Assembly (NCBI GenBank): GCA_048939625.1
Contig: JBHLPH010000035.1
Location: 1 to 13,296, forward strand
Length of the DNA stretch: 13,296 nucleotides
Direction: 5' to 3'
DNA from: Promethearchaeota archaeon
GTDB taxonomy: Archaea; Asgardarchaeota; Hermodarchaeia; Hermodarchaeales; Hermodarchaeaceae
The first letter of the stretch is position 1. Each line of letters starts with the position of its first letter. A model generated the notes under the pieces. That model had not been told where the DNA came from and did not search any database. It was given only the letters and a program-made list of their open reading frames with translations. Below, one piece after another: positions 1 through 9,117 of the stretch. The translations under genes were made by a program, and so were the position numbers.

Positions 1-678
1 GGATTTGTCATTGATATCGAAGAAGACTTCATCAAACAAGGTATTGACTTAGACGCCGTTCGATACTATATCCTGTCTTATACGGGACATACAAAGGATT
101 TGGATTTTGCCTGGAAAGAATTCCAATCAAAGGTGAATAACGAACTGGTTGGTATCCTTGGAAACTATGCTTACCGTGTACTTCTCTTCATATACAAAAA
201 CTTCAGCGAAATACCCGAAGGAACCCTCACACCAGAAGTTATCAGCCAAATTCGAGAAACTATTGAAAAGATCCAAACCGCATTCCACGACTTCCGATTT
301 AAGGAAGCCCTCGACGCCGCTATGCTCCTTGCATCATTTGGCAACACTTACTTCCAGCAAAGCGAACCATGGAAGACTATTAAACAGAACAAAAAACTGA
401 GCCAAAATGACCTCTACCAGTGTCTCCAATTACTGAAAGCTATCACAATCTTAATCGAACCTGCCATGCCAGCGATTGCTGAGAAGATCTGGCAACAACT
501 TGGCCAAGTGGGAAACGTACACGAAATCAAGGTGGAAGAGTGCATAGACCCTTTAATCCCCGGTACAAAATTACCTAAACCAGAAGTACTCTTCGAAAAG
601 ATACCTGATGAAGCAGTTGAAAGTCTAGCAGCTGGACTTAACCAGCGTATCGAAACTGCGAGGGCAAAAGCCAACTAA
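1..678 (+). CDS. metG: Methionine--tRNA ligase, C-terminal part (5' truncated by window)
   Basis: Frame 1 is open from base 1: GFVIDIEEDFIKQGIDLDAVRYYILSYTGHTKDLDFAWKEFQSKVNNELVGILGNYAYRVLLF. This matches the MetRS post-KMSKS 'D..RYY...D.DF.W..F....N..L...GN...R' pattern, followed by anticodon-binding domain motifs 'GNTYFQQSEPWK', 'EPAMPAIAEKIWQQLG' and 'PEVLFEKI'. Stop TAA at 676-678. Confidence 0.95.
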   Translation, partial: GFVIDIEEDFIKQGIDLDAVRYYILSYTGHTKDLDFAWKEFQSKVNNELVGILGNYAYRVLLFIYKNFSEIPEGTLTPEVISQIRETIEKIQTAFHDFRFKEALDAAMLLASFGNTYFQQSEPWKTIKQNKKLSQNDLYQCLQLLKAITILIEPAMPAIAEKIWQQLGQVGNVHEIKVEECIDPLIPGTKLPKPEVLFEKIPDEAVESLAAGLNQRIETARAKAN

Positions 679-742
679 CCCCCTTCAGCATAATTTCTTA
701 TTGTCGTTTTGCACCCCTACCTAGTGTATAGTGGTGATTATT

Positions 743-3700
743 ATGGTTGGTATTGCCCCCTCCATTTCCTTGTCCGACATACCAAACCTTCCAGCTAAAT
801 TAAGAAAAAAGTTGGAAACCCAAGGAATTAGCGATCTCTCGCACCTGTTTCTTGATGAGGGCAAGCTGCAAGACGCAGTCTCTTTAGCGAAACGCACTCA
901 TTTAACCATTCGTGAGGCTTTAGAGGCACGACAGTTCGGACGGCGTCATATAGAACGGATTCTAACGGATATCACAGCTAAACGCAAAGTCGAACCCTTC
1001 GACTTACTGTGGAAGATACATTGGCTCTTAGGAATTATACCTGAAGGTGAGCACCGCACCGAGTTGATTGCTCTTGAAGCATCAGCAATTTCGACAATAC
1101 TCGAAAATTTAGAGACGCCGAAAGCCCCGATGATAGAAAAACTCATCCAGTTACTTTTACACCGTCTTCTCATCATTCCTGAAGCTATATTAAAAGCAGA
1201 ACTGCAACAACTTGTTGAAGTTGCAGAAAAGTTCCAACGCAGTTCTCTTCTTGCCTATCAAACGACTAAAGCAAAGGAACCCATTATAGCATTCGCTGAC
1301 GAAGAAGAACCTGCTAAACAGGTAGCCCAATTACGAAAAATAACCAAGCATTGGCAGACACTGTATAAAACAATGGAAGAGCGTGGAGACGAAAAGGGAA
1401 AGACAATTTTATCGGCTCTCAAGGCCCATGATGATCTCAAAATTCTAGACATTAGTGAAGAGCATCTCAAGGACCGTTTGCAACAAACTATGTCAACCAA
1501 AAAACTTCGCGCATCCCAATTGAAACATATCACCACAGCCATGAATGTCGTTGTAGAACTGCGCGATGCTTATTCAACGGCCAAATTCGCTTCACGGGCT
1601 AGTCAAATATGGTTTGAACTAGCTCAAGACAAATCCAGTAAAGCCCTCAGTGATGACCTACTACGCAGTCTCCGTTTTTCTCGCACTGCAATATTTCATT
1701 ATCGAGCGCTCGATGATCTCAGTGGAGCCATCCGACAACTTGACCGCATAATAATCCTCATTGGCGAAATTCCAACAGAACCGCCAGCATCACTTGAAGA
1801 AGCAATCACTGGGACACTTCAAACACTTGTGAGTACAATCCCTCTCTTGGACCGCCCAGCTGACCAAGAACTCATTCTACGAATATCAAAGCGTATCGAT
1901 ACCCGTCTCAAACGGTTAATGCCAAAATTGGAAGGCGCGGATACCCGATATACCCTCGCCACACTACATGTGAAGTTCCAGCAAATCGCAATACACCAAC
2001 TACAGCAATTGGGAGCAAGCCGAGACATCTATCAGACGCCGACCCGTGAACTCACTAAGTCTCTGTTGTACCTTCTTGAAGTTGCCCCTGAAGAAGAGAA
2101 ATACACCATTTTGAAAACAGCTGCTGATTATGCGAACCAGCTTTTAGCAAAACAAACCTCTGCAGCACAGATTAATGACCAAGATCTTGAAGTCATTTCG
2201 CACGTTGTACACCTATTATCTCAGATCCCTCCAGAGACATTGAGTAAATCAGCACAAAAACTCATTCAGCAAAGCACTCAGCTGAACGAACAATTGTATT
2301 TCCAAACCAAGGATCCCGAAATCCGAGCTCAACTTGCCCTCCAACTCCTGTTGGCTCAAGTATCACCAAATTCCTCAGGAAAAATTAGTGCATCCTTCGC
2401 TTCAAAGGAGTTGGATAAACTTGAAGATTACGCTTCAAATGCACTGCTCGCCCAGGTCAAAAAACGTCAACCTGTAAAAGCCCTTCAGGCTGGATCTCTC
2501 CTTGTGTGGATTATACTCCAACGCATCCAACAGAGTAATGACATTCAAAATAAACAAAAATTGATGGAAGATGCCCGTGATTTCGCAGACCAAACCTTTT
2601 CTTTCATGCCAGGTCCTGATAAGCTAACTGGCATGGCTTATCCTTTCGCTTTCCTTCTCTTACGAAATATTAACGCACTCGCCTTTGATGAACGCCCAAC
2701 AGATGAATCGCAGTGGGAACAGCTGTTAACTCAGAGCGAACAATTAGCACAAGCCTTAGCGAGCGCAGCTGCCTTACGAGAGGATCACCGCAACGAAGTT
2801 CTTGCTCTTAGTGCCGCAGGAACAGCAACCGCAAAACTGGCCACACTGACTACTTCCAGAAGTTCGCAATCACGCCTTCTACGAAGAGCTACTACTCAAA
2901 TTCAAAAGGCGCTTCGCGCTGCATCAAGTCATGGGAGCACAACCGAAGTCGAAGCAGCCATATCTCAATATGCCCAAATAATGAGAGCCCGTTTACAGAT
3001 TTCATCAACTGTAACCGCCCAAATGCCAATTTTTGAAGAATGGAACCAATCCTTCCAAGATGGAATCGAGCTCTTACGAAACAACAATGCCGAAGAGCTA
3101 GCCAACCAGTTACAAGCTTCTCGAATATTGAATGCACAAATCCCTCTCTCCTTTGCACTCTTGAGTCAAGGAAAAGCAGATTTTGACAAAGTTAAACGAC
3201 GCGTTACCGAGTTTCTTCAGGAAGCCAGTCAAATTGGTACGCAAGAACAGGTCAAATTAGCGCAGCAACTAGAACGCCGTTGGGCTTTCCAAATAGGCGA
3301 TGAGTCAATACTCGATTCTGGTTTTCGATTAGAGGATGCAGAAACCAGTTTCACATTAGCTGATGAGCACTTTCGAATCAGCCTCCAAATCGAACCGGAA
3401 ATTGCTTATGAGGGCAATGTATTACAAAAAACACGAACATTCCCCTATCTACGCCCATCAACGCAACCCTCAGATCTCATCTGGTATGAGAGCACACCAA
3501 TTTTATTTAATACATATTCTGATACGAATGTGCAAACCTGGCTAACTCTACAAGACCCCAACGAGACTAGCGTCTCCATCGGCTTTTGGCTACTCACCTC
3601 AACTGACCTAACAGCAACAGTAACATTACAGATACTTGCAACCCAAGCTCTTTCCCAAGATCCAGAAGGTGTAGTGATACAACTTGCAGGAGCACAAATT

Positions 3701-3820
3701 GAACTTCCTCGAAAACCCATAGTCGCAGAACAGCGAGAGGGCAGAGGAATCCTCGTTTATGAATTGAGTGTCAATAGTCGATATCCAGAGCCAATCCGTT
3801 TGATGGTTAAACTAGCCTAA
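743..3820 (+). CDS. Large hypothetical protein (~1025 aa): HhH/SAM-like N-terminal domain, alpha-helical repeat-like body, beta-rich C-terminal domain
   Basis: 3-kb uninterrupted ORF. ATG at 743 is preceded by SD-like GGTGA at 733-737 (ORF track starts at GTG 731). The N-terminal 'LSDIPNLPAKLRKKLETQGISDLSHL...LAKRTHLTIREA' resembles RadA/Rad51 N-terminal HhH. No TM segment, signal peptide or NTPase motif seen. Confidence 0.85.
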   Translation: MVGIAPSISLSDIPNLPAKLRKKLETQGISDLSHLFLDEGKLQDAVSLAKRTHLTIREALEARQFGRRHIERILTDITAKRKVEPFDLLWKIHWLLGIIPEGEHRTELIALEASAISTILENLETPKAPMIEKLIQLLLHRLLIIPEAILKAELQQLVEVAEKFQRSSLLAYQTTKAKEPIIAFADEEEPAKQVAQLRKITKHWQTLYKTMEERGDEKGKTILSALKAHDDLKILDISEEHLKDRLQQTMSTKKLRASQLKHITTAMNVVVELRDAYSTAKFASRASQIWFELAQDKSSKALSDDLLRSLRFSRTAIFHYRALDDLSGAIRQLDRIIILIGEIPTEPPASLEEAITGTLQTLVSTIPLLDRPADQELILRISKRIDTRLKRLMPKLEGADTRYTLATLHVKFQQIAIHQLQQLGASRDIYQTPTRELTKSLLYLLEVAPEEEKYTILKTAADYANQLLAKQTSAAQINDQDLEVISHVVHLLSQIPPETLSKSAQKLIQQSTQLNEQLYFQTKDPEIRAQLALQLLLAQVSPNSSGKISASFASKELDKLEDYASNALLAQVKKRQPVKALQAGSLLVWIILQRIQQSNDIQNKQKLMEDARDFADQTFSFMPGPDKLTGMAYPFAFLLLRNINALAFDERPTDESQWEQLLTQSEQLAQALASAAALREDHRNEVLALSAAGTATAKLATLTTSRSSQSRLLRRATTQIQKALRAASSHGSTTEVEAAISQYAQIMRARLQISSTVTAQMPIFEEWNQSFQDGIELLRNNNAEELANQLQASRILNAQIPLSFALLSQGKADFDKVKRRVTEFLQEASQIGTQEQVKLAQQLERRWAFQIGDESILDSGFRLEDAETSFTLADEHFRISLQIEPEIAYEGNVLQKTRTFPYLRPSTQPSDLIWYESTPILFNTYSDTNVQTWLTLQDPNETSVSIGFWLLTSTDLTATVTLQILATQALSQDPEGVVIQLAGAQIELPRKPIVAEQREGRGILVYELSVNSRYPEPIRLMVKLA

Positions 3821-3823
3821 GGT

Positions 3824-4453
3824 CTACAGCAGATTGAACCATAATGGCGTCCCCCAGAAGAACCAATAAACACAGGCAGTGACAAAAACAGCAATGAGAA
3901 TACCAGCAAGCAATTGCCATGCTGTATGAAGTTTGAGTTTCCACCGAGCCCAAGCAACCAAACCCGCCAATAACATAAAGAAAATAATGAAAGGCCCAAA
4001 TACCCAAATTAAGCCAGTAATTGGCCCAGCAACCCCCGCCGAATGAGCAGAAGCCTTCCAGAACAGACTAACAAGCGCTATAACTGATGTCACAGCAGCA
4101 TAGGCAAGCGCGATAACCGCCATGGCATGATTTTGATAGTACCACGCAATCAATGCCCCACTAATGTAAACCACGATTGCAGCTAAATACAATAAGGGCC
4201 TATCCCGTCGATTTTTGACATCAAAAGTAATGCGCCCTAAAGCAACCATGAGAGCTACTGGGAGAATCGGTCCAATGACAACAAAGACAAATCCAAGGAG
4301 AAAAGATTGCCATGGAAGAATCAATCCAGTTCCGACGGGAGAATAAAACGCAAACAGGAATACAGCCCCTAGAGCGATAATAGGTGGTGAAAGCAGATTA
4401 GAAAGGATTCGAGCAATAAGGACAGCTGTTCCTAAATTAGTTGAATCAGCCAT
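3824..4453 (-). CDS. PAP2-superfamily-like integral membrane protein (putative phosphatase)
   Basis: About 6-7 hydrophobic segments. PAP2-like motifs: 'KNRRDRP' (motif 1-like), 'KASAHSAG' (SxH), 'ARWKLKLHTAWQLLAG' (RxxxxxHxxxQ). Confidence 0.7.
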   Translation of the reverse strand: MADSTNLGTAVLIARILSNLLSPPIIALGAVFLFAFYSPVGTGLILPWQSFLLGFVFVVIGPILPVALMVALGRITFDVKNRRDRPLLYLAAIVVYISGALIAWYYQNHAMAVIALAYAAVTSVIALVSLFWKASAHSAGVAGPITGLIWVFGPFIIFFMLLAGLVAWARWKLKLHTAWQLLAGILIAVFVTACVYWFFWGTPLWFNLL

Positions 4454-4470
4454 TGAATTCCCACTCAGTA

Positions 4471-6261
4471 TCAGGCGAGATTAAGTTGCTTTTTCTGAGA
4501 ATCTGTTGGTATTCCTTGGTTATTCCAGCCCCGGAGCTTGTAATATTCAGGGAGCATCTCTTCTAAATGTACAATCCGATTCCGTGAACCACCTTCAGGA
4601 AGAGGAGAAAAAAACCGTGGGGGAAGAGAATCATCTTTAGCAGTAAATCCTTCCCGGAGATTGAACAATCGTTCTAGATTCCAAATCCTTTCACCGATTC
4701 GAAGAAGGTCTTTTCCGGATACAGAAAAGGCTGTTGCAGCGGTTAATAGCTCAGCATAATCTTCAACACTGAAAGCAAAAGTAGTAAACCGGCACAGAAC
4801 AAGCGAATCCATGGCAGCCGAAAGATTTTGAAACAGAATTACCAGCCCAGCTTTTCCTTCAACTCTATCACGATCAACAAGAACAGGAGAACCGAGAATT
4901 TCTGGACCAATCAGATATGCTCGGAGGTGGCAACCGCCTCGATTGGAGGTGGCATAGGCGAGAGCATGTCCCTGAACTCCTCTGGGATCATAGGCGGGAA
5001 GTTCTAATCCCTTCGCCTGCATGGCCAAATCAGGAGAACCATATCGAGTAGCTAATACTTTTGACCCTTGACCAATTTCTGCGCCTAATCCTCGAGCGTA
5101 TGCAGTATCTTCAATGAGGCTGAGGAGATTTTCTGTCTTGCCAAAGTCTAGTTCCGCTTTGAGCTTTCCAGTCTGCACAAGTTCCATCGCACATCCGAGG
5201 GTACTTCCCACAGAAATAGTATCGATTCCTAGCTCATTGCATCGATCATTGGCTGAAGTAATCCATTCAAGATCATTAATACCACACTGGGGTCCCAGAG
5301 CCCAAAGACTTTCATACTCTGGACCACCGACTTCTCGTTCATGAACCTTTGAAATACGACCACACCCAATCGGACACCCAAAACAGTGGTATCGTCTAAC
5401 GAAGAAACGCTCGAGTAACTTTTCGCCTGAAACCCCTTCCGCATCGTTAAAAGTACCTTCTTGGAAATTGTGCGTAGGTAGCATTCCATACTCGTTAATG
5501 AGGTTGACTAAGACGGCAGTACCATAAACAGGAAGAGATTTGTTTGTAACGGAATCCTTTTTGATTAATCTACGGACGCGGGTTACAACTTGATCTAGGT
5601 GCTCGGAATTTATAACCGAAACAGAATGAGTGCCACGAACTACAACCGCTTTCACATTTTTTGATCCTAAAACAGCTCCAACCCCGCCTCGACCTGCTGC
5701 CCGATGTCGGTCATTTATAATTGCGGCTAGCTTAACCTGATTCTCGCCAGCAGGTCCAATACAGGCTACTTGGGCTTTACTATCGGTTTCCTCAAGTAGA
5801 TGTTCTGTGGTTGCACTTACTTCCTTTCCCCAAATTCCTTTTGCAGATGGAAATTCAACAGCACCATTATTAATCCACACATAGATAGGCGAGGAGGCCT
5901 TTCCTTCCAAAACCAAGCCAAGAAATCCCGCTTTACGAAGCTGCGGACCAAAATGACCACCACAATTTGAATCTAATATCGTACCAGTTAATGGCGATTT
6001 CGTGATAACTGCAAACCGCCCAGCTGTTGGAGCTGAGGTCCCGGTTAATGGACCAACCGCAAACACAATCAGATTCTCTGGGGAGAGCGGAGAAATAGAG
6101 GGATTAACATGATCATACACCAGTTTCACTCCAAGTCCACGACCACCTAAATATTGTGAAAGAAGCTCTTTAGAAACAGCTTGTTCTTTGACTTTCTTAG
6201 TAGTGAGAGAAATCCACAGTAACTTGGAATCCGCAAACACTTCACTTTTTTCTGTAGACAT
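4471..6261 (-). CDS. aor: Tungsten-containing aldehyde:ferredoxin oxidoreductase (AOR family)
   Basis: AOR family motifs: 'YLGGRGLG', 'KSPLTG', 'IGPAGEN', 'GRGGVGAVLGSKNVKA', 'CFGCPIGC', 'GPEYE', 'ELGIDTIS', 'YDPRG', 'TSNRGGCHL', 'DSLVLCRF', 'ERLFNLREG', 'YYKLRGW'. SD AGGTGG lies upstream of ATG 6261. Confidence 0.95.
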   Translation of the reverse strand: MSTEKSEVFADSKLLWISLTTKKVKEQAVSKELLSQYLGGRGLGVKLVYDHVNPSISPLSPENLIVFAVGPLTGTSAPTAGRFAVITKSPLTGTILDSNCGGHFGPQLRKAGFLGLVLEGKASSPIYVWINNGAVEFPSAKGIWGKEVSATTEHLLEETDSKAQVACIGPAGENQVKLAAIINDRHRAAGRGGVGAVLGSKNVKAVVVRGTHSVSVINSEHLDQVVTRVRRLIKKDSVTNKSLPVYGTAVLVNLINEYGMLPTHNFQEGTFNDAEGVSGEKLLERFFVRRYHCFGCPIGCGRISKVHEREVGGPEYESLWALGPQCGINDLEWITSANDRCNELGIDTISVGSTLGCAMELVQTGKLKAELDFGKTENLLSLIEDTAYARGLGAEIGQGSKVLATRYGSPDLAMQAKGLELPAYDPRGVQGHALAYATSNRGGCHLRAYLIGPEILGSPVLVDRDRVEGKAGLVILFQNLSAAMDSLVLCRFTTFAFSVEDYAELLTAATAFSVSGKDLLRIGERIWNLERLFNLREGFTAKDDSLPPRFFSPLPEGGSRNRIVHLEEMLPEYYKLRGWNNQGIPTDSQKKQLNLA

Positions 6262-6272
6262 TTGACATCCAC

Positions 6273-7094
6273 CTAATCATTGAATATATTCTGATCTCGA
6301 TGCGGACAGGTGATGCAACGCTGCTTATACCAGAGATATACTTCCTTAGGCTGTTTGGCTAGACTTGCTTGTCGGCTTGGACAAGTCCAACAGGGTTTAT
6401 CCGCTTCGAGGAAGGAATCACTATACCCTGCCCATCGAAAGCCTTCAACGATAGCCACACCCGAACTTGTTCCGAGGCGATTTGCCCCAGCATCAATCAT
6501 TCGCAAAGCGTCCTTGAAAGACCGAATTCCACCTGCGGCCTTCACTCCCATTTTTTGTCCCACTGTTTCTCGCATTAATCGAACGTCATACGGAGTAGCC
6601 CCCATAGGTCCAAAACCCGTCGATGTCTTCACAAAATGAGCTCCTGCCTCCTTACAGATTAAGCAAGCTTCTCGTTTTTCATCATCGATTAAGAAGCCAG
6701 TTTCAAGGATTACTTTTACAACAGCGCCATCAGCCGCACTAACAACCCCCTCAATATCGGACCGAACCAAGTTGTAGTTTTTTTCTTTCAAAGCTCCGAT
6801 ATTGATAACCATATCAATTTCCTGCGCGCCTTTGGATATGGCTTCCTTGGTCTCAAAGGCTTTTACTTCGGATAGTGTGGCGCCTAGAGGAAAACCAACG
6901 ACAATACACACAGCCACTGATGAATCCTGTAATAACTCAGCGGCATATGCAGTGTGAACGGGATTAATACACACTGAGGCGAACTCGTATGCGAGGGCTT
7001 CTTCACAGAGCTCTTTGATTTTAGCCTGTTTCGTCTCTGGCTTTAGCCGAGTATGATCGATGAACTTGACTAACTCTTCGACTGTTAAGGTCAT
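6273..7094 (-). CDS. deoC: Deoxyribose-phosphate aldolase (DERA) with C-terminal Cys-rich extension
   Basis: Motifs 'IDHTRLKP', 'VVGFPLGA', 'EIDMVINIG', 'VKVILETG', 'FVKTSTGF' (Schiff-base Lys), 'GVKAAGGIR', 'RLGTSSG'. ATG 7094 has SD GGAGTG upstream; the ORF-track start at 7130 is probably over-extended. Confidence 0.95.
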   Translation of the reverse strand: MTLTVEELVKFIDHTRLKPETKQAKIKELCEEALAYEFASVCINPVHTAYAAELLQDSSVAVCIVVGFPLGATLSEVKAFETKEAISKGAQEIDMVINIGALKEKNYNLVRSDIEGVVSAADGAVVKVILETGFLIDDEKREACLICKEAGAHFVKTSTGFGPMGATPYDVRLMRETVGQKMGVKAAGGIRSFKDALRMIDAGANRLGTSSGVAIVEGFRWAGYSDSFLEADKPCWTCPSRQASLAKQPKEVYLWYKQRCITCPHRDQNIFND

Positions 7095-7133
7095 CTTGAA
7101 CACTCCGTTACATCTGAATTGTCCACTCATGTG

Positions 7134-7203
7134 GGATAAACTTGTTTCTTCTTGAAAAAGCCGTAGCTCAGAGAAATGGTGATGCTGAAAAAAGCTTATC
7201 TAG
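7134..7203. promoter_or_regulatory. Divergent archaeal promoter region (BRE+TATA-like) between deoC and the M42 peptidase gene
   Basis: Minus strand reads AAGAAACAAG-TTTATCC (7150-7134) upstream of deoC. Plus strand reads GAAAAAAG-CTTATCTA (about 7188-7202) upstream of ATG 7237. Both are purine-rich BRE followed by TTAT. Confidence 0.45.
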
Positions 7204-7236
7204 TTCATCAGGTGAATTCGTGGCAGGTGCATTATT

Positions 7237-8325
7237 ATGAATTCACGACGAACCAAACTATTACAATCCCTTGTTGATGCCTTTGGACCGAGTGGCTTTG
7301 AACGTGAAGCCTCTACCCTCGTTGCGAAGGCAATGCGCCCAATCGCAGATGAGATTACCATCGATAAGCTCGGTAGTGTTCAATTCATCAAAAAGGGAAC
7401 GGCAGATAAACCGCGTATCCTTCTCGCAGGGCATGTAGATGAAGTAGGTTTCATTGTTTCTGGAATTACAAAGGATGGCTTCCTCAAAGTTAACCCATTG
7501 GGCGGTTGGTGGAGCCAAGTTGTGCTAGCCCAAAAAGTGATAATTCGAACACGAAACAACGATCGCATTTTCGGTGTGTTTGGAGCTAAACCACCCCACA
7601 TTCTCTCTCCAGATGAACGTAAAAAGGTCGTTGAACTCAAAGATATGTTCATCGACGTTGGTGCATCTTCAAAAGATGATGTCAAGGAGATGGGAATTCA
7701 GGTCGGAGACCCCATTATACCCGATTCATCATTTCAACTAATTCGGAACGGCAAATTAGCAGCAGCCAAGGCATTCGATGACCGACTTGGTGCATTCATT
7801 GCAATGGAAGTCATTTACCAACTAAAGAAAGAAGACATCAATCATCCAAACACTGTTGTCGGAGCTGCGACTGTGCAAGAAGAGGTCGGTCTCCGTGGAG
7901 CACGAACAACAGCACATCTCATTGAACCTGATGTTGGATTTGCTTTGGAAGTAGATCTTGCTGGAGACATGCCTGGAATTAAACCAGAACAAGCCGCAAC
8001 AAAACTTGGAGAAGGCCCCGCGATTTGTACTATGGATCGATCAATGATCCCTAATCAACCACTACTCGAATTTGTTATCAACACTGCGAAAAAAGAAAAA
8101 ATCCCATATCAGCTATCTCAGATGTACGGCGGTGGAACAGACGCTGGGGTCATTCACCTAGATAGGACTGGTTGTCCCAGTCTAGTTATCGGAGTACCAA
8201 CCCGGCATATCCATAGCCACGTGGGAATTCTTAATTTGGAGGATATTGAAAAGACGATCAATCTCCTTGTTGCCGTTGTTAGAGGATTGGATAAAAAGAC
8301 TGTCAAAAGCTTCACAGCACTTTAA
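7237..8325 (+). CDS. M42 family metallo-aminopeptidase (TET-like)
   Basis: Motifs 'FGPSGFE', 'LAGHVDEVGF', 'PLGGW', 'MFIDVGA', 'KAFDDRLG', 'TVQEEVGLRGA', 'ALEVD', 'GGGTDAG', 'PTRHIHS' give the full metal-ligand set. SD AGGTG upstream. Confidence 0.95.
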   Translation: MNSRRTKLLQSLVDAFGPSGFEREASTLVAKAMRPIADEITIDKLGSVQFIKKGTADKPRILLAGHVDEVGFIVSGITKDGFLKVNPLGGWWSQVVLAQKVIIRTRNNDRIFGVFGAKPPHILSPDERKKVVELKDMFIDVGASSKDDVKEMGIQVGDPIIPDSSFQLIRNGKLAAAKAFDDRLGAFIAMEVIYQLKKEDINHPNTVVGAATVQEEVGLRGARTTAHLIEPDVGFALEVDLAGDMPGIKPEQAATKLGEGPAICTMDRSMIPNQPLLEFVINTAKKEKIPYQLSQMYGGGTDAGVIHLDRTGCPSLVIGVPTRHIHSHVGILNLEDIEKTINLLVAVVRGLDKKTVKSFTAL

Positions 8326-8363
8326 CGAATAAGCAGTACTCTGCAGAGTGGAGCAACATTACC

Positions 8364-9053
8364 ATGGTAATTGAATTAATCATATTTGACCTAGATGGCA
8401 CCTTAGTTACAGCTGAAATTAATTTTCAAGCCATGCGTAATGCGATTCGAGACCTTCTTAGGAATCATGGCTTTCCAACAGAGGTTCTCCCCATGAATAG
8501 CACCCAAGATCTACTCCGGAGTGCCTTTGCATATGCTGGTGAGAGGGGACTTAGCCCAGTTGAAATTAGCAGATTACGGGATGAAGTATATTCTGAAGCT
8601 GTGAAATATGAATGGGAAGGTGCTAAAAAAACTCAATTAGTGCCAGGAGCCTTAGACACATTACAGCATCTCCATCATCACCAGATCAAAATCGCCATCT
8701 TGACCAATGATAATCGACAAGTAGCCGAGTATCTTTTAGAAAAACATAATTTGAAACCTTATGTCGATAAAATGATCACCCGTGATGAAGCACCTCACAT
8801 GAAACCAGCTACAGAGGGATTAGAACTAATTTTAAACCAATTCCAGAAAACCTCCGTCCAGACACTATTCATTGGTGATTCAACCATCGATATCATGACG
8901 GCCAAGAAGTTAAAGATACCTTGCATTGCACGTCAATCAAAACTGCTATCTGAAAAAGAGCTGCTTGCAGAAGGCGCTATCGCAGTATTTCCAACACTAG
9001 TTCCGGTGATTCCATATCTGCAAAATGAGGGGTTCTTACCCTCCTCAAACTAG
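8364..9053 (+). CDS. HAD-superfamily hydrolase, subfamily IA (phosphoglycolate-phosphatase-like)
   Basis: Motif I 'FDLDGTL', motif II 'ILTN', motif III 'KP', motif IV 'IGDSTIDI'. Substrate cannot be determined from sequence. Confidence 0.9.
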   Translation: MVIELIIFDLDGTLVTAEINFQAMRNAIRDLLRNHGFPTEVLPMNSTQDLLRSAFAYAGERGLSPVEISRLRDEVYSEAVKYEWEGAKKTQLVPGALDTLQHLHHHQIKIAILTNDNRQVAEYLLEKHNLKPYVDKMITRDEAPHMKPATEGLELILNQFQKTSVQTLFIGDSTIDIMTAKKLKIPCIARQSKLLSEKELLAEGAIAVFPTLVPVIPYLQNEGFLPSSN

Positions 9054-9117
9054 GGAGTAATACAAAAGGCTGATATTCGGACAACTAGACTAATTGGAGT
9101 AGAAAGTAGCAAATTGT

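Noticed and set aside
743-950. Calling the large ORF a RadA/Rad51 recombinase because of its HhH-like start
   Set aside because: No Walker A/B motifs or RecA-fold core anywhere in the protein.
7160-7225. GCCGTAGCTCAG...TGGT resembles the 5' end/D-arm of a tRNA
   Set aside because: No GTTCRA T-loop at the proper distance, and no anticodon or acceptor stem pairing found; it sits between two divergent promoters.
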